64,000 nucleotides of DNA, from positions 105,477 to 169,476 of the forward strand of contig JAGDVP010000012.1 in NCBI GenBank assembly GCA_023255735.1, read 5' to 3'. Every line of letters starts with the position of its first letter. Position 1 is the stretch's first letter. The translations under genes and the position numbers were made by a program. The stretch comes from Halothiobacillus sp. (lineage in GTDB: Bacteria; Pseudomonadota; Gammaproteobacteria; Halothiobacillales; Halothiobacillaceae). This document shows, piece after piece, positions 56,054 through 64,000 of this stretch. Under the pieces are notes generated by a model. It did not search any database. It was not told where the DNA came from and worked only from the letters and a program-made list of their open reading frames with translations.

Positions 56054-58819
56054 ATGTCCGAGGTCACGGTTAAAGATTTAGCGAAAATTGTTGGTGCAAC
56101 CCCTGAACGTCTGCTGGTACAGCTGGCGGAGGCGGGTGTTGCCGCGAGTTCGACCGATTCATTGATTAATGATGGCGATAAAATGAAGCTGCTGGCTCAT
56201 TTGCGTCAACATGCGGCAGGTTCGGTTGATGCCAAACCCAATCGCATCACCCTGCAACGCAAAAAGCAGGAAGAAATTAAAGTAGGCGGTGGCGCTGCAC
56301 GCGGTAAAACTGTGGCGGTCGAATATCGTTCCAGCAAAACCTACGTGGCGCGTGAGCCCGTGGCACCGACGCCGCCGGTCGCGGCTCCGGCAAGCCCGCC
56401 CACGCCATCTGCCCCAACGGTGCGCGCCCCAGAGCCCGTGCCTATGGTTGAGCCAACCCCTGCGCCATCGCCCGCAGCAAAGGCTGTGGCACCTGAAGCC
56501 ATGCCTGCGCCGATTGAGTCGGCTGCGCCTGTTGTGGTTGATGTGCCCGCAGCGCCGGTTGTCGTGCCTGCGCCATCGGCTGTGGCAGTTCAGCCCGATG
56601 AACCGCGCAATGAGGCGCCCGTGCCGGCCGAGGAGCCGTCCACAACGTCGGCAGCTGAACCGTTTGATACGGTTCTTGATACTTTAGATGAGAAAAAAGC
56701 CGCTGCTGGCGCCCCGTTATTGCCGCCTGAAATTGATGAACGCACGGGGCGTCCTAAGTCGCGCCTGCGGATCATTGCCATGCCGGTGCCCGAAGTGGCG
56801 CCTGTAGCTGAGCGCGTAAGGCCGGCGGCTGCGGCGCCATCTGAACCTAAATCGGCTGCTGCCGGCGATGATTCGGATCGAAAAAAAGGTGCTAAGCACA
56901 GCGGCAAAGGCCGCCACGAGCGCGAAGTGAAAGGTGGGCGAGCTGAGCTGCACTTAGGTGCTGGCGCGGGCGAGCGGCGTGCTAAACGATCGAAAAAGAC
57001 GAACGTGCGCCCGGGCGCTGCGGGCAACAGCCCGCAGACTAACTTTGAAAAACCCACAGCGCCGATTGTGCGTGACATCACGGTGCCCGAAACGGTTTCT
57101 GTGGCTGATTTGGCGCAAAAAATGGCCGTCAAGGGCGTTGATGTGGTCAAAATTTTGTTCAGCATGGGGGTGATGGCCACCATCAACCAAATGATTGATC
57201 AAGACACGGCCACCTTGGTGGTGGAAGAAATGGGTCACAAGGCGGTGCCTGTGTCGGATTCCACCCTAGAGGCAGAGCTGGTGGGGGCAATTGAGCAAGG
57301 CATTGCCTTGCCGCGCCCGCCCGTTGTGACGGTGATGGGGCATGTTGACCATGGTAAAACCTCTCTGCTCGATTATATTCGCCGCACCAAAGTGACAGCC
57401 GGAGAAGCGGGCGGCATTACACAGCACGTGGGCGCCTATCACGTAGAAACCAGCCGTGGTGTGATTAGCTTTTTAGATACGCCCGGCCATGAAGCCTTTA
57501 CCGCCATGCGGGCTCGCGGCGCGAGTGTCACCGATATTGTGATTTTGGTTGTGGCTGCCGACGATGGCGTTATGCCGCAAACCAAAGAAGCGGTGCAACA
57601 CGCGAAAGCGGCGGGCGTGCCGATTGTGGTGGCGATTAATAAAATCGATAAACCCAATATTGATCTTGAGCGGATTCGCAGCGAACTCTCACAACTGGAG
57701 GTCATCTCCGAGGAATGGGGTGGGGATACGCAATTTGTTCCCGTGTCTGCAAAAACGGGTGAAGGGATCGATAAACTCTTGGATGCCATTTTGGTTCAAT
57801 CGGAAGTATTGGAGCTCAAAGCACCGGTGGAAGGCCATGCGAAGGGATCGGTGGTGGAATCTTCGCTCGAAAAAGGCCGAGGCCCTGTGGCGACCGTGCT
57901 GGTGCGCAGCGGCACCTTGAAGAAGGGCGATGTGGTTTTGGTCGGGTTTGAATATGGTCGTGTGCGTGCCATGCTTGATGAGAATGGTCATCAAATTGAT
58001 AGCGCAGGCCCGTCGATTCCCGTCGTGATTATTGGACTATCCGGAACACCCTTAGCTGGTGATGATCTGGTGGTGGTTGAGGATGAGCGCAAAGCCCGCG
58101 AAATTGCGATGTTCCGTGCTGGAAAATACCGCGATAGTCGTCTGGCAACCCAGCAATCGACCAAGCTTGAAAATATGTTTGAGCAGTTGAAAGAAGGCGA
58201 AATTTCTGCACTCAATGTATTGGTTAAAACCGATGTGCAAGGCTCAGCCGAGGCCATTCGCGATAGCTTGAACAAGCTTTCGACCGATGAGGTTAAAGTC
58301 AACGTCTTAATGAGCAGTGTCGGCGGTATTAGTGAATCCGATGTGAATCTGGCCGTTACCTCCAATGCCATTATGATTGGCTTTAATGTGCGCGCCGAAG
58401 CATCTGCCCGCAAGTTGGCGCAGGCGCAAAACGTGGAAATTCGTTATTACAGCATTATTTACGAGATGCTGGACGATGTGAAACAAGCGATGTCTGGCTT
58501 GCTCGGCACCGAAACGCAAGAAAAAATTCTAGGCTTAGTCGAAGTGCGTGATGTGTTCCGCTCGCCGAAATTTGGTGCGATCGCCGGTTGCATGGTGACC
58601 GAAGGGCTCATTCATCGCGGTAACCCCATTCGCGTATTGCGCGATAGCATTGTGATTTATGAAGGCGAGCTTGAATCCTTGCGTCGCTTTAAAGATGACG
58701 TGCAAGAAGTGCGCGCGGGCTTTGATTGCGGTATTGGTGTTAAAAACTACAACGATGTGCGCGTGGGCGATGTCATTGAAGTGTTTGAGCGGATTCAAGT
58801 TCAACGCACCATGGCGTGA
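56054..58819 (+). CDS. infB: Translation initiation factor IF-2
   Basis: AGGAG RBS. G-domain motifs ([24 protein letters not shown]). A long Pro/Ala-rich N-terminal region. Confidence 0.96.
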   Translation: MSEVTVKDLAKIVGATPERLLVQLAEAGVAASSTDSLINDGDKMKLLAHLRQHAAGSVDAKPNRITLQRKKQEEIKVGGGAARGKTVAVEYRSSKTYVAREPVAPTPPVAAPASPPTPSAPTVRAPEPVPMVEPTPAPSPAAKAVAPEAMPAPIESAAPVVVDVPAAPVVVPAPSAVAVQPDEPRNEAPVPAEEPSTTSAAEPFDTVLDTLDEKKAAAGAPLLPPEIDERTGRPKSRLRIIAMPVPEVAPVAERVRPAAAAPSEPKSAAAGDDSDRKKGAKHSGKGRHEREVKGGRAELHLGAGAGERRAKRSKKTNVRPGAAGNSPQTNFEKPTAPIVRDITVPETVSVADLAQKMAVKGVDVVKILFSMGVMATINQMIDQDTATLVVEEMGHKAVPVSDSTLEAELVGAIEQGIALPRPPVVTVMGHVDHGKTSLLDYIRRTKVTAGEAGGITQHVGAYHVETSRGVISFLDTPGHEAFTAMRARGASVTDIVILVVAADDGVMPQTKEAVQHAKAAGVPIVVAINKIDKPNIDLERIRSELSQLEVISEEWGGDTQFVPVSAKTGEGIDKLLDAILVQSEVLELKAPVEGHAKGSVVESSLEKGRGPVATVLVRSGTLKKGDVVLVGFEYGRVRAMLDENGHQIDSAGPSIPVVIIGLSGTPLAGDDLVVVEDERKAREIAMFRAGKYRDSRLATQQSTKLENMFEQLKEGEISALNVLVKTDVQGSAEAIRDSLNKLSTDEVKVNVLMSSVGGISESDVNLAVTSNAIMIGFNVRAEASARKLAQAQNVEIRYYSIIYEMLDDVKQAMSGLLGTETQEKILGLVEVRDVFRSPKFGAIAGCMVTEGLIHRGNPIRVLRDSIVIYEGELESLRRFKDDVQEVRAGFDCGIGVKNYNDVRVGDVIEVFERIQVQRTMA

Positions 58820-58899
58820 GACAAACCGGGTGTGAATTTGGCCTGCCGCCTCATGAAGGGCGGCGGGTTTTTTAATTATATGTCAAGGTATTGCCCGTT

Positions 58900-59316
58900 A
58901 TGGCACAAGGTTTTGGTCGTCATCAGCGTGTGGCGGAACAGATTCGACGCGAGATTGCAGATTTGCTCCGTGAGGAAATGCGTCAAGCAGCTATTAGTTT
59001 GCTCACAGTGACTGATTGTGAAGTGACGCGTGATTTGAGCTATGCGAAAATTTTTTATAGCGTGCTAAACATTGATGAGCGCGACCGTGCTCAGGCATGG
59101 CTTGATGGCGCGGCAGGGTTTTTACGCACCGAATTGGCGCATCGAATGCGCTTGCGCAGCGTGCCCCGTTTGAGTTTTGTGTTTGATCCTTCCATTGAGC
59201 GCGGCATGCAGATGGATGCGTTGATTTCAGCCGTTCGCCGTCAAGATGATGCCCATGAGGGCGGTTTTGAGGCATCCGATGAGCCTACACAGCCCAAAGC
59301 AGGGGAGCGGTCATGA
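58900..59316 (+). CDS. rbfA: Ribosome-binding factor A
   Basis: RVAEQIRREIADLL...VTDCEVTRDLSYAKIFYS...P.L.F..D. Confidence 0.9.
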   Translation: MAQGFGRHQRVAEQIRREIADLLREEMRQAAISLLTVTDCEVTRDLSYAKIFYSVLNIDERDRAQAWLDGAAGFLRTELAHRMRLRSVPRLSFVFDPSIERGMQMDALISAVRRQDDAHEGGFEASDEPTQPKAGERS

Positions 59317-60287
59317 GTCGCCGCCGCAAAGGTCGCGAGCTCAATGGAATTTTGCTTCTCGACAAGCCGCTTGGGCTGAGTTCAAATCAAGCGCTGCAAC
59401 GGGTTAAATATTTATTTAATGCGGCTAAGGCCGGTCATACCGGCAGCCTTGATCCCGAGGCAACCGGTATGTTGCCCTTGTGCTTTGGGCACGCTACGCG
59501 CGTTTCGGGTTTGCTGCTCGATGCGGATAAAACCTATCGGGTCACGGGCAGGTTGGGCATTCGCACGGAGACAGGCGATATGGAAGGCGCCATTGTTGAG
59601 CAATTGCCCGTCCCCGCGCTAACCTTTGAGCAAATGCAGGCATCTATCGCGCCTTTTCGTGGCCAAGTGCTGCAAATTCCGCCCATGTATTCGGCGCTCA
59701 AAGTGGCGGGTAAACGATTATATGAACTGGCGCGAGCGGGAGAAACCGTGGAACGCCAACCCCGTGCCATTCACTTTTATCGCATTGATTTACTCAATTT
59801 TGATGGTGCGTTTTTCGAGTTGCGGGTGCACTCGAGTAAAGGGGCGTACATTCGCACCCTCATTGAAGACATTGGTGCGGCCATTGGCTGCGGCGCGGTG
59901 GTAACGCAATTGAGGCGAATCGGCGTGGGGCCTTGGTTGGTTGAATCCCCGCAGGTTGAATCACCGATGCGGGATGTACCGCTGGGCAATGAGCCGCAAT
60001 CCCGCCTATGGACGCTTGAGGAATTAACAGAACTCATTAAGGCCGATGAGGAAAGCGCGATAAATCGTGTTATCCTGCCGACCGATTCGGCGCTGGCGAG
60101 CTATCCTGTGGTAACACTTGATGCAGACAGCGCCTTTCATATTCGTCATGGTCATCCCGTGTTTGTCGCCAATGCGCCGCAAACGGGGTGGTTTTGTATT
60201 TACGGACCCGACGACCTCTTCCTGGGAATGGGGGAAGTTCTGGATGACGGACGAGTCGCACCGCGAAGATTATTCGCGGCGCTGTGA
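59313..60287 (+). CDS. truB: tRNA pseudouridine-55 synthase
   Basis: GILLLDKPLGLSSN, the catalytic GHTGSLDPEATG, and QIPPMYSALK. ATGA overlap with rbfA. Confidence 0.93.
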   Translation: MSRRRKGRELNGILLLDKPLGLSSNQALQRVKYLFNAAKAGHTGSLDPEATGMLPLCFGHATRVSGLLLDADKTYRVTGRLGIRTETGDMEGAIVEQLPVPALTFEQMQASIAPFRGQVLQIPPMYSALKVAGKRLYELARAGETVERQPRAIHFYRIDLLNFDGAFFELRVHSSKGAYIRTLIEDIGAAIGCGAVVTQLRRIGVGPWLVESPQVESPMRDVPLGNEPQSRLWTLEELTELIKADEESAINRVILPTDSALASYPVVTLDADSAFHIRHGHPVFVANAPQTGWFCIYGPDDLFLGMGEVLDDGRVAPRRLFAAL

Positions 60288-60398
60288 ATGACGTGCACGG
60301 TGCACGGCGTTCAAACACCTCATCGGTAAGGGCGCGGATTCGCTCAAACCTGATGGCATTTTTAACCCACCCAACCCAGGTGAAATAGGAGAAATTCC

Positions 60399-60668
60399 AT
60401 GTCGTTAACGACTGAGCAGAAAGCTCAAATATTGTCTGATTATGCCCGTGGCGCGGCCGATACCGGCTCCCCCGAGGTTCAGGTTGCCCTGTTAACCAAC
60501 CGTATCGTGCACTTAACTGAGCATTTTGCGGAACACAAAAAAGATCATCATTCCCGCCGCGGTTTGCTGAAATTGGTTAACCAGCGTCGCAAATTATTAG
60601 ATTATTTAAAATCTAAAGATTTGGCGCGTTATCAAGATTTAATCGCCAGGTTAGGTTTGCGTAAGTAA
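60399..60668 (+). CDS. rpsO: 30S ribosomal protein S15
   Basis: An 89-aa protein with [29 protein letters not shown]. Confidence 0.97.
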   Translation: MSLTTEQKAQILSDYARGAADTGSPEVQVALLTNRIVHLTEHFAEHKKDHHSRRGLLKLVNQRRKLLDYLKSKDLARYQDLIARLGLRK

Positions 60669-60731
60669 TTTTACGCGGGGCTCTGGTTGAGTTGACTCAT
60701 CATAGCCTGCCTTGAGCTTGCCTAATTTCTT

Positions 60732-60760
60732 ATCCCGGACTTGTGCCGGGATTGTTTTTT
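60732..60760 (+). terminator. Intrinsic terminator after rpsO (partial, ahead of the pnp leader)
   Basis: The sequence is ATCCCGGacttgtgCCGGGATtgtttttt. Confidence 0.7.
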
Positions 60761-60864
60761 GTCAATCATGAACTGAGTTTATTTTTTAGCAGCGCATCGT
60801 CGCTAAAACATACATTGAGTTATTTAAGCTGGACAACCTTGCCGGCAAATCATAGGGGAAGAAT

Positions 60865-62937
60865 GTGGCTGTATTTACCGAACACTTTGATTATGGACGT
60901 CATAGCGTCACGTTGACGACGGGTGAAATTGCAAGGCAAGCCTCCGGTGCGGTGATGGTCGAAATGGGCGATACGGTGGTTCTAGTCACGGCAGTGGTCG
61001 CAGCCACCCCTGAGCCGGGGCAAGATTTTTTGCCTTTAACGGTTGAGTATCAAGAAAAATTCTATGCAGCGGGACGCATTCCGGGGGGCTTTTTCAAGCG
61101 AGAAGGCCGAGCGACCGAGGCTGAAACGCTGATTGCCCGTTTGATTGATCGCCCCTTGCGCCCCTTGTTTCCTGCGGGTTTTTACAATGAAGTGCAAATC
61201 ATCGCCCAAGTGCTCTCGCTGGATCCCGAGGTGGATGGTGAAATTCCGGCCTTGTTGGGTGCATCAGCCGCCTTAGCATTATCCGGTATTCCGATTGAAT
61301 CACACTTGGCCGGTGTTCGAGTGGGGTACATTAACCAAGCGTTCGTGCTGAACCCAACCGCCAGTGAACTGGCTGAATCCGATTTAGATTTAGTGGTTGC
61401 CGGCACCGAAGATGCCGTGTTTATGGTGGAATCGCAAGCCGCTGAGTTATCTGAAGCCACGATGTTGGATGCGGTGATGTTTGGCCATCAAGCCGCACAA
61501 ACCGCGATTGCGGCGATTACCCGTTTGGCGACCCATGCGGCGAGGCCAGTGATGGCATGGGCGCCACCCATCGAGCACCCCCAATTAGCCGAAGCACTGC
61601 GGGCGGCTTTTGCCACTTCGGTGGCTGAGGCCTATCAAATGCCTGAAAAAGAACCCCGTTATCGTCGCATTAACGAACTGCGTGCTGAGGCAATTGCACA
61701 ATTTGCCGATGGCGATCGGGTGCCCGCCAAGCTTGTCGCCAGCTTGCTTGAGGAATTGGAGTCTTCTGTGGTGCGCAGCAGAATTTTAGCCGGCGCGCCG
61801 CGCATTGATGGCCGCGATACCCAAACCATCCGACCGATTTCAATTCGTACCGGTATATTGCCGCGCGTGCATGGCTCTGCGCTCTTCACGCGGGGAGAAA
61901 CCCAAGCGTTAGTTGTCACAACTTTAGGTTCCGCCCGGGATGCGCAGCTTATTGATGCGGTGGTGGGTGAGCGCAAAGAATCCTTCATTTTTCATTATAA
62001 TTTCCCCCCTTTTAGCGTGGGTGAAACGGGCCGATTCGGTGCACCTAAACGCCGGGAAATTGGGCATGGCAATCTCGCGCGCCGTGGGGTATTGGCTGTG
62101 GTTCCTAAAGCCGATAACTCCCCTTATACCTTGCGGGTAGTCTCTGAAATTACAGAATCCAACGGTTCAAGCTCAATGGCGAGTGTGTGCGGGGCGTCCT
62201 TATCGATGATGGATGCTGGGGTCGCGGTGAAAGCACCTGTGGCCGGTATCGCCATGGGGCTAATTAAAGAAGCCGACCAATTTGTTGTATTGTCCGATAT
62301 TTTGGGTGATGAAGATCACCTAGGTGATATGGATTTTAAAGTTGTCGGCACAGCCGATGGGGTGACGGCCTTACAGATGGATATTAAAATCCATGGCATT
62401 ACCCGTGAAATTATGGCGCAGGCGCTTTCGCAGGCTAAAGTTGGGCGGCAACATATTTTAGGGATTATGAACCAAGCGTTGTCTGCGCCCCGCACCAGCA
62501 CTGCACCCAATGCGCCGCAGTTTATTAAATTTAAAATCAATCCCGATAAAATTCGGGATGTGATTGGTAAAGGTGGCGCCACAATTCAGGCCATTACCCG
62601 CGATACGGGTACGCAAATCGATATTGCCGAAGACGGTTTGGTCACGATTACCGCGACTTCCACCGAAGGCGGTGCGGCGGCTAAACTGCGCATCGAGCAA
62701 ATGACGGTCGAGGCGGAAGTGGGCAAAATTTACGAGGGCAAAGTGGTGCGCATTACGGATTTTGGTGCGTTCGTTAATATTTTGCCGGGTAAAGATGGCT
62801 TGTTGCATATCTCACAAATTTGTGAGGAGCGAATCGAGCGGGTAACCGATAAAATCCAAGAAGGTGATTTGGTGCGCGTGCAATTATTGGAGCTGGATAA
62901 GCAAGGTCGGATGCGTCTGTCTATGAAAGGCATTTAA
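60865..62937 (+). CDS. pnp: Polynucleotide phosphorylase
   Basis: A 690-aa protein with two RNase PH domains, a KH domain ([11 protein letters not shown]) and an S1 domain ([13 protein letters not shown]). GTG start. Confidence 0.96.
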   Translation: MAVFTEHFDYGRHSVTLTTGEIARQASGAVMVEMGDTVVLVTAVVAATPEPGQDFLPLTVEYQEKFYAAGRIPGGFFKREGRATEAETLIARLIDRPLRPLFPAGFYNEVQIIAQVLSLDPEVDGEIPALLGASAALALSGIPIESHLAGVRVGYINQAFVLNPTASELAESDLDLVVAGTEDAVFMVESQAAELSEATMLDAVMFGHQAAQTAIAAITRLATHAARPVMAWAPPIEHPQLAEALRAAFATSVAEAYQMPEKEPRYRRINELRAEAIAQFADGDRVPAKLVASLLEELESSVVRSRILAGAPRIDGRDTQTIRPISIRTGILPRVHGSALFTRGETQALVVTTLGSARDAQLIDAVVGERKESFIFHYNFPPFSVGETGRFGAPKRREIGHGNLARRGVLAVVPKADNSPYTLRVVSEITESNGSSSMASVCGASLSMMDAGVAVKAPVAGIAMGLIKEADQFVVLSDILGDEDHLGDMDFKVVGTADGVTALQMDIKIHGITREIMAQALSQAKVGRQHILGIMNQALSAPRTSTAPNAPQFIKFKINPDKIRDVIGKGGATIQAITRDTGTQIDIAEDGLVTITATSTEGGAAAKLRIEQMTVEAEVGKIYEGKVVRITDFGAFVNILPGKDGLLHISQICEERIERVTDKIQEGDLVRVQLLELDKQGRMRLSMKGI

Positions 62938-63037
62938 GCTCTGTGACGGCGCGATAAATTTAGGCTGGCGCCTCATGTGCCACCTATGAAGTATTTTTGG
63001 CAAGCAGGGCTCATTGATGACGCCCGAGGTTATCGTT

Positions 63038-64000
63038 ATGAAATCGCAACCCGTCGTGATTCAACATGTGCGTTTAGCTCGGCAACCCATTGTGGATCGA
63101 GATTTACAAACTACGGGCTATGAATTGCTGTTTCGCGCCCAAGATGCCGATCAAGTGGCGCGGATCAGCAACTCCAATCAAGCGACTGCCTCGGTTGTGA
63201 TTAATGCGCTCACCGAGATTGGTCTTGAAACCTTGGTGGGCAACACGCAGGCATTTATTAATGTGCCGCTTAAGCTCTTATTTAGTGAGGTTCTCAAGGG
63301 GCTATCACCCCGTCAGCTTGTGTTAGAAGTGCTTGAAACCGTCGAGTGCAACGAGGCCACGGCGCAAGCTATGAGCGAGCTCAAGCAATTGGGTTTTCGG
63401 ATCGCCTTGGATGATTTTCCGAGCACGGACATTGGTTTGCCCTGTGTCGCCAATGCGCATTACCTTAAGTTTGATGTGCTGGCCGATGGCGTTGATCAGA
63501 TTAATAAAACCGTGGCGTTGGCGCACCGGATGGGGCTTAAGGTAATCGCCGAAAAAGTGGAGGAATGGTCGGATTACGAATCCCTTAAAGCGGCCGGGGT
63601 GGATTTTTTTCAGGGGCATTTTTTCGCGCGTCCAGAAATGATTCTGCGGCAATCGATTCGAGCGAATAAAGCCCATCTGTTAAGTTTGCTGGTTTTATTG
63701 CAAGATGAGCAAGTCACCCTCGATGCCGTGGCGGATAAGGTGAATACGGATCTTGCTTTGAGTTATCGCTTGCTGCGCTTGGTTAACTCGGCCGCTATTG
63801 GGATGCGGCGCAAAGTGGATTCCGTTCCGGATGCGGTACGAATGCTCGGTTTGAATACGATTCGAAGCATGGTTTACCTTTCGGCCTTAACCGGCATTGA
63901 TGGTAAACCCCCGGCTTTAATTAATACCGCCATGGTGCGGGCACGATTTGCACAATTACTCTCAACAAAAACGCAACTCGGTAATCCGCATGCTGCATTT
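63038..64000 (+). CDS. EAL-domain plus HDOD-domain signalling protein (3' end outside the window)
   Basis: It is absent from the ORF track because no stop codon lies in the window. My translation from ATG 63038 gives MKSQPVVIQHVRLARQPIVDRDLQTTGYELLFR...EVLE...ALDDF...KFD...KVIAEKVE...FFQGHFFARP, followed by an HDOD-like LSYRLLRLVNSAAIG...VRMLG. The frame stays open for 321 codons. Confidence 0.8.
   Translation, partial: MKSQPVVIQHVRLARQPIVDRDLQTTGYELLFRAQDADQVARISNSNQATASVVINALTEIGLETLVGNTQAFINVPLKLLFSEVLKGLSPRQLVLEVLETVECNEATAQAMSELKQLGFRIALDDFPSTDIGLPCVANAHYLKFDVLADGVDQINKTVALAHRMGLKVIAEKVEEWSDYESLKAAGVDFFQGHFFARPEMILRQSIRANKAHLLSLLVLLQDEQVTLDAVADKVNTDLALSYRLLRLVNSAAIGMRRKVDSVPDAVRMLGLNTIRSMVYLSALTGIDGKPPALINTAMVRARFAQLLSTKTQLGNPHAAF

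Noticed and set aside
56289-57238. Overlapping ORFs in both strands within the infB 5' region, and the idea that the Pro/Ala-rich stretch is a repeat element.
   Set aside because: - The region encodes the variable, low-complexity N-terminal domain of IF-2 (APxP-rich).
- I could see no exact nucleotide tandem repeat.
- The alternative frames are by-products of the biased composition.
63323-63676. A 117-aa minus-strand ORF listed in the track.
   Set aside because: It lies antisense within the much longer open EAL-HDOD frame, which has clear domain motifs.
1-64000. A search for mobile elements, integrases, toxin-antitoxin pairs, defence systems, tRNA/rRNA genes and prophage remnants.
   Set aside because: - No ORF has recognisable transposase, integrase, nuclease or defence-type motifs.
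- No terminal inverted repeats or att-like duplications were noticed.
- No tRNA-like T-loop (GGTTCGAATCC-type) was seen in the intergenic regions I read.
- Absence is judged by eye only.

Overview
The window reads as a chromosomal segment of a gammaproteobacterium-like, sulfur-oxidising, CO2-fixing chemolithoautotroph. No genus is claimed. Gene starts were placed by eye from the ORF track, start codons and RBS motifs. No tRNA, rRNA, CRISPR array, transposase or integrase was recognised.

Gene blocks, left to right:
- (1) 1-2427: a minus-strand row of type IV pilus retraction ATPases, pilT then pilU, followed by the first 28 codons of a third PilT/PilU-like gene that runs off the left edge.
- (2) 2607-6678: yggS-proC-yggT-metX-metW.
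- (3) 6682-8898: a zinc block with zntB, a small SAM methyltransferase and zur.
- (4) 9155-15063: an accessory-looking sulfur-handling row. It holds a Tat-exported MBL-fold hydrolase, two half-size YeeE/YedE sulfur-transport membrane proteins, a Sec-exported peptide built from four tandem NPCAP decapeptides, a His-rich 229-aa protein of unknown function and a periplasmic two-domain rhodanese. A large polytopic membrane protein converges on the row.
- (5) 15344-21691: pgm, a sodium:solute symporter, and lgt-thyA-(psiE-like)-folA.
- (6) 22690-35211: a double RuBisCO supercluster. Form IA is cbbL-cbbS-cbbQ-cbbO with a divergent cbbR. yjdM follows. Form II is cbbM-cbbQ-cbbO with its own divergent cbbR.
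- (7) 35652-49573: housekeeping genes, namely an M48/YgjP peptidase, pepA, an NlpC/P60 lipoprotein, rlmKL, an orphan double ABC ATPase, fabA-fabB, a DUF423 protein, bamE, fur, recN and nadK.
- (8) 49786-62937: grpE, dnaK-dnaJ and rimP-nusA-infB-rbfA-truB-rpsO-pnp.
- (9) 63038-64000: a partial EAL+HDOD gene.

Most interesting candidates:
- The exported Cys-repeat peptide and its His-rich neighbour, embedded among the sulfur transport genes.
- The array of C5T3/A3G5 hairpins and G5 tracts in the cbbM-cbbQ spacer.
- The compositionally distinct cbbM-cbbQ-cbbO module.
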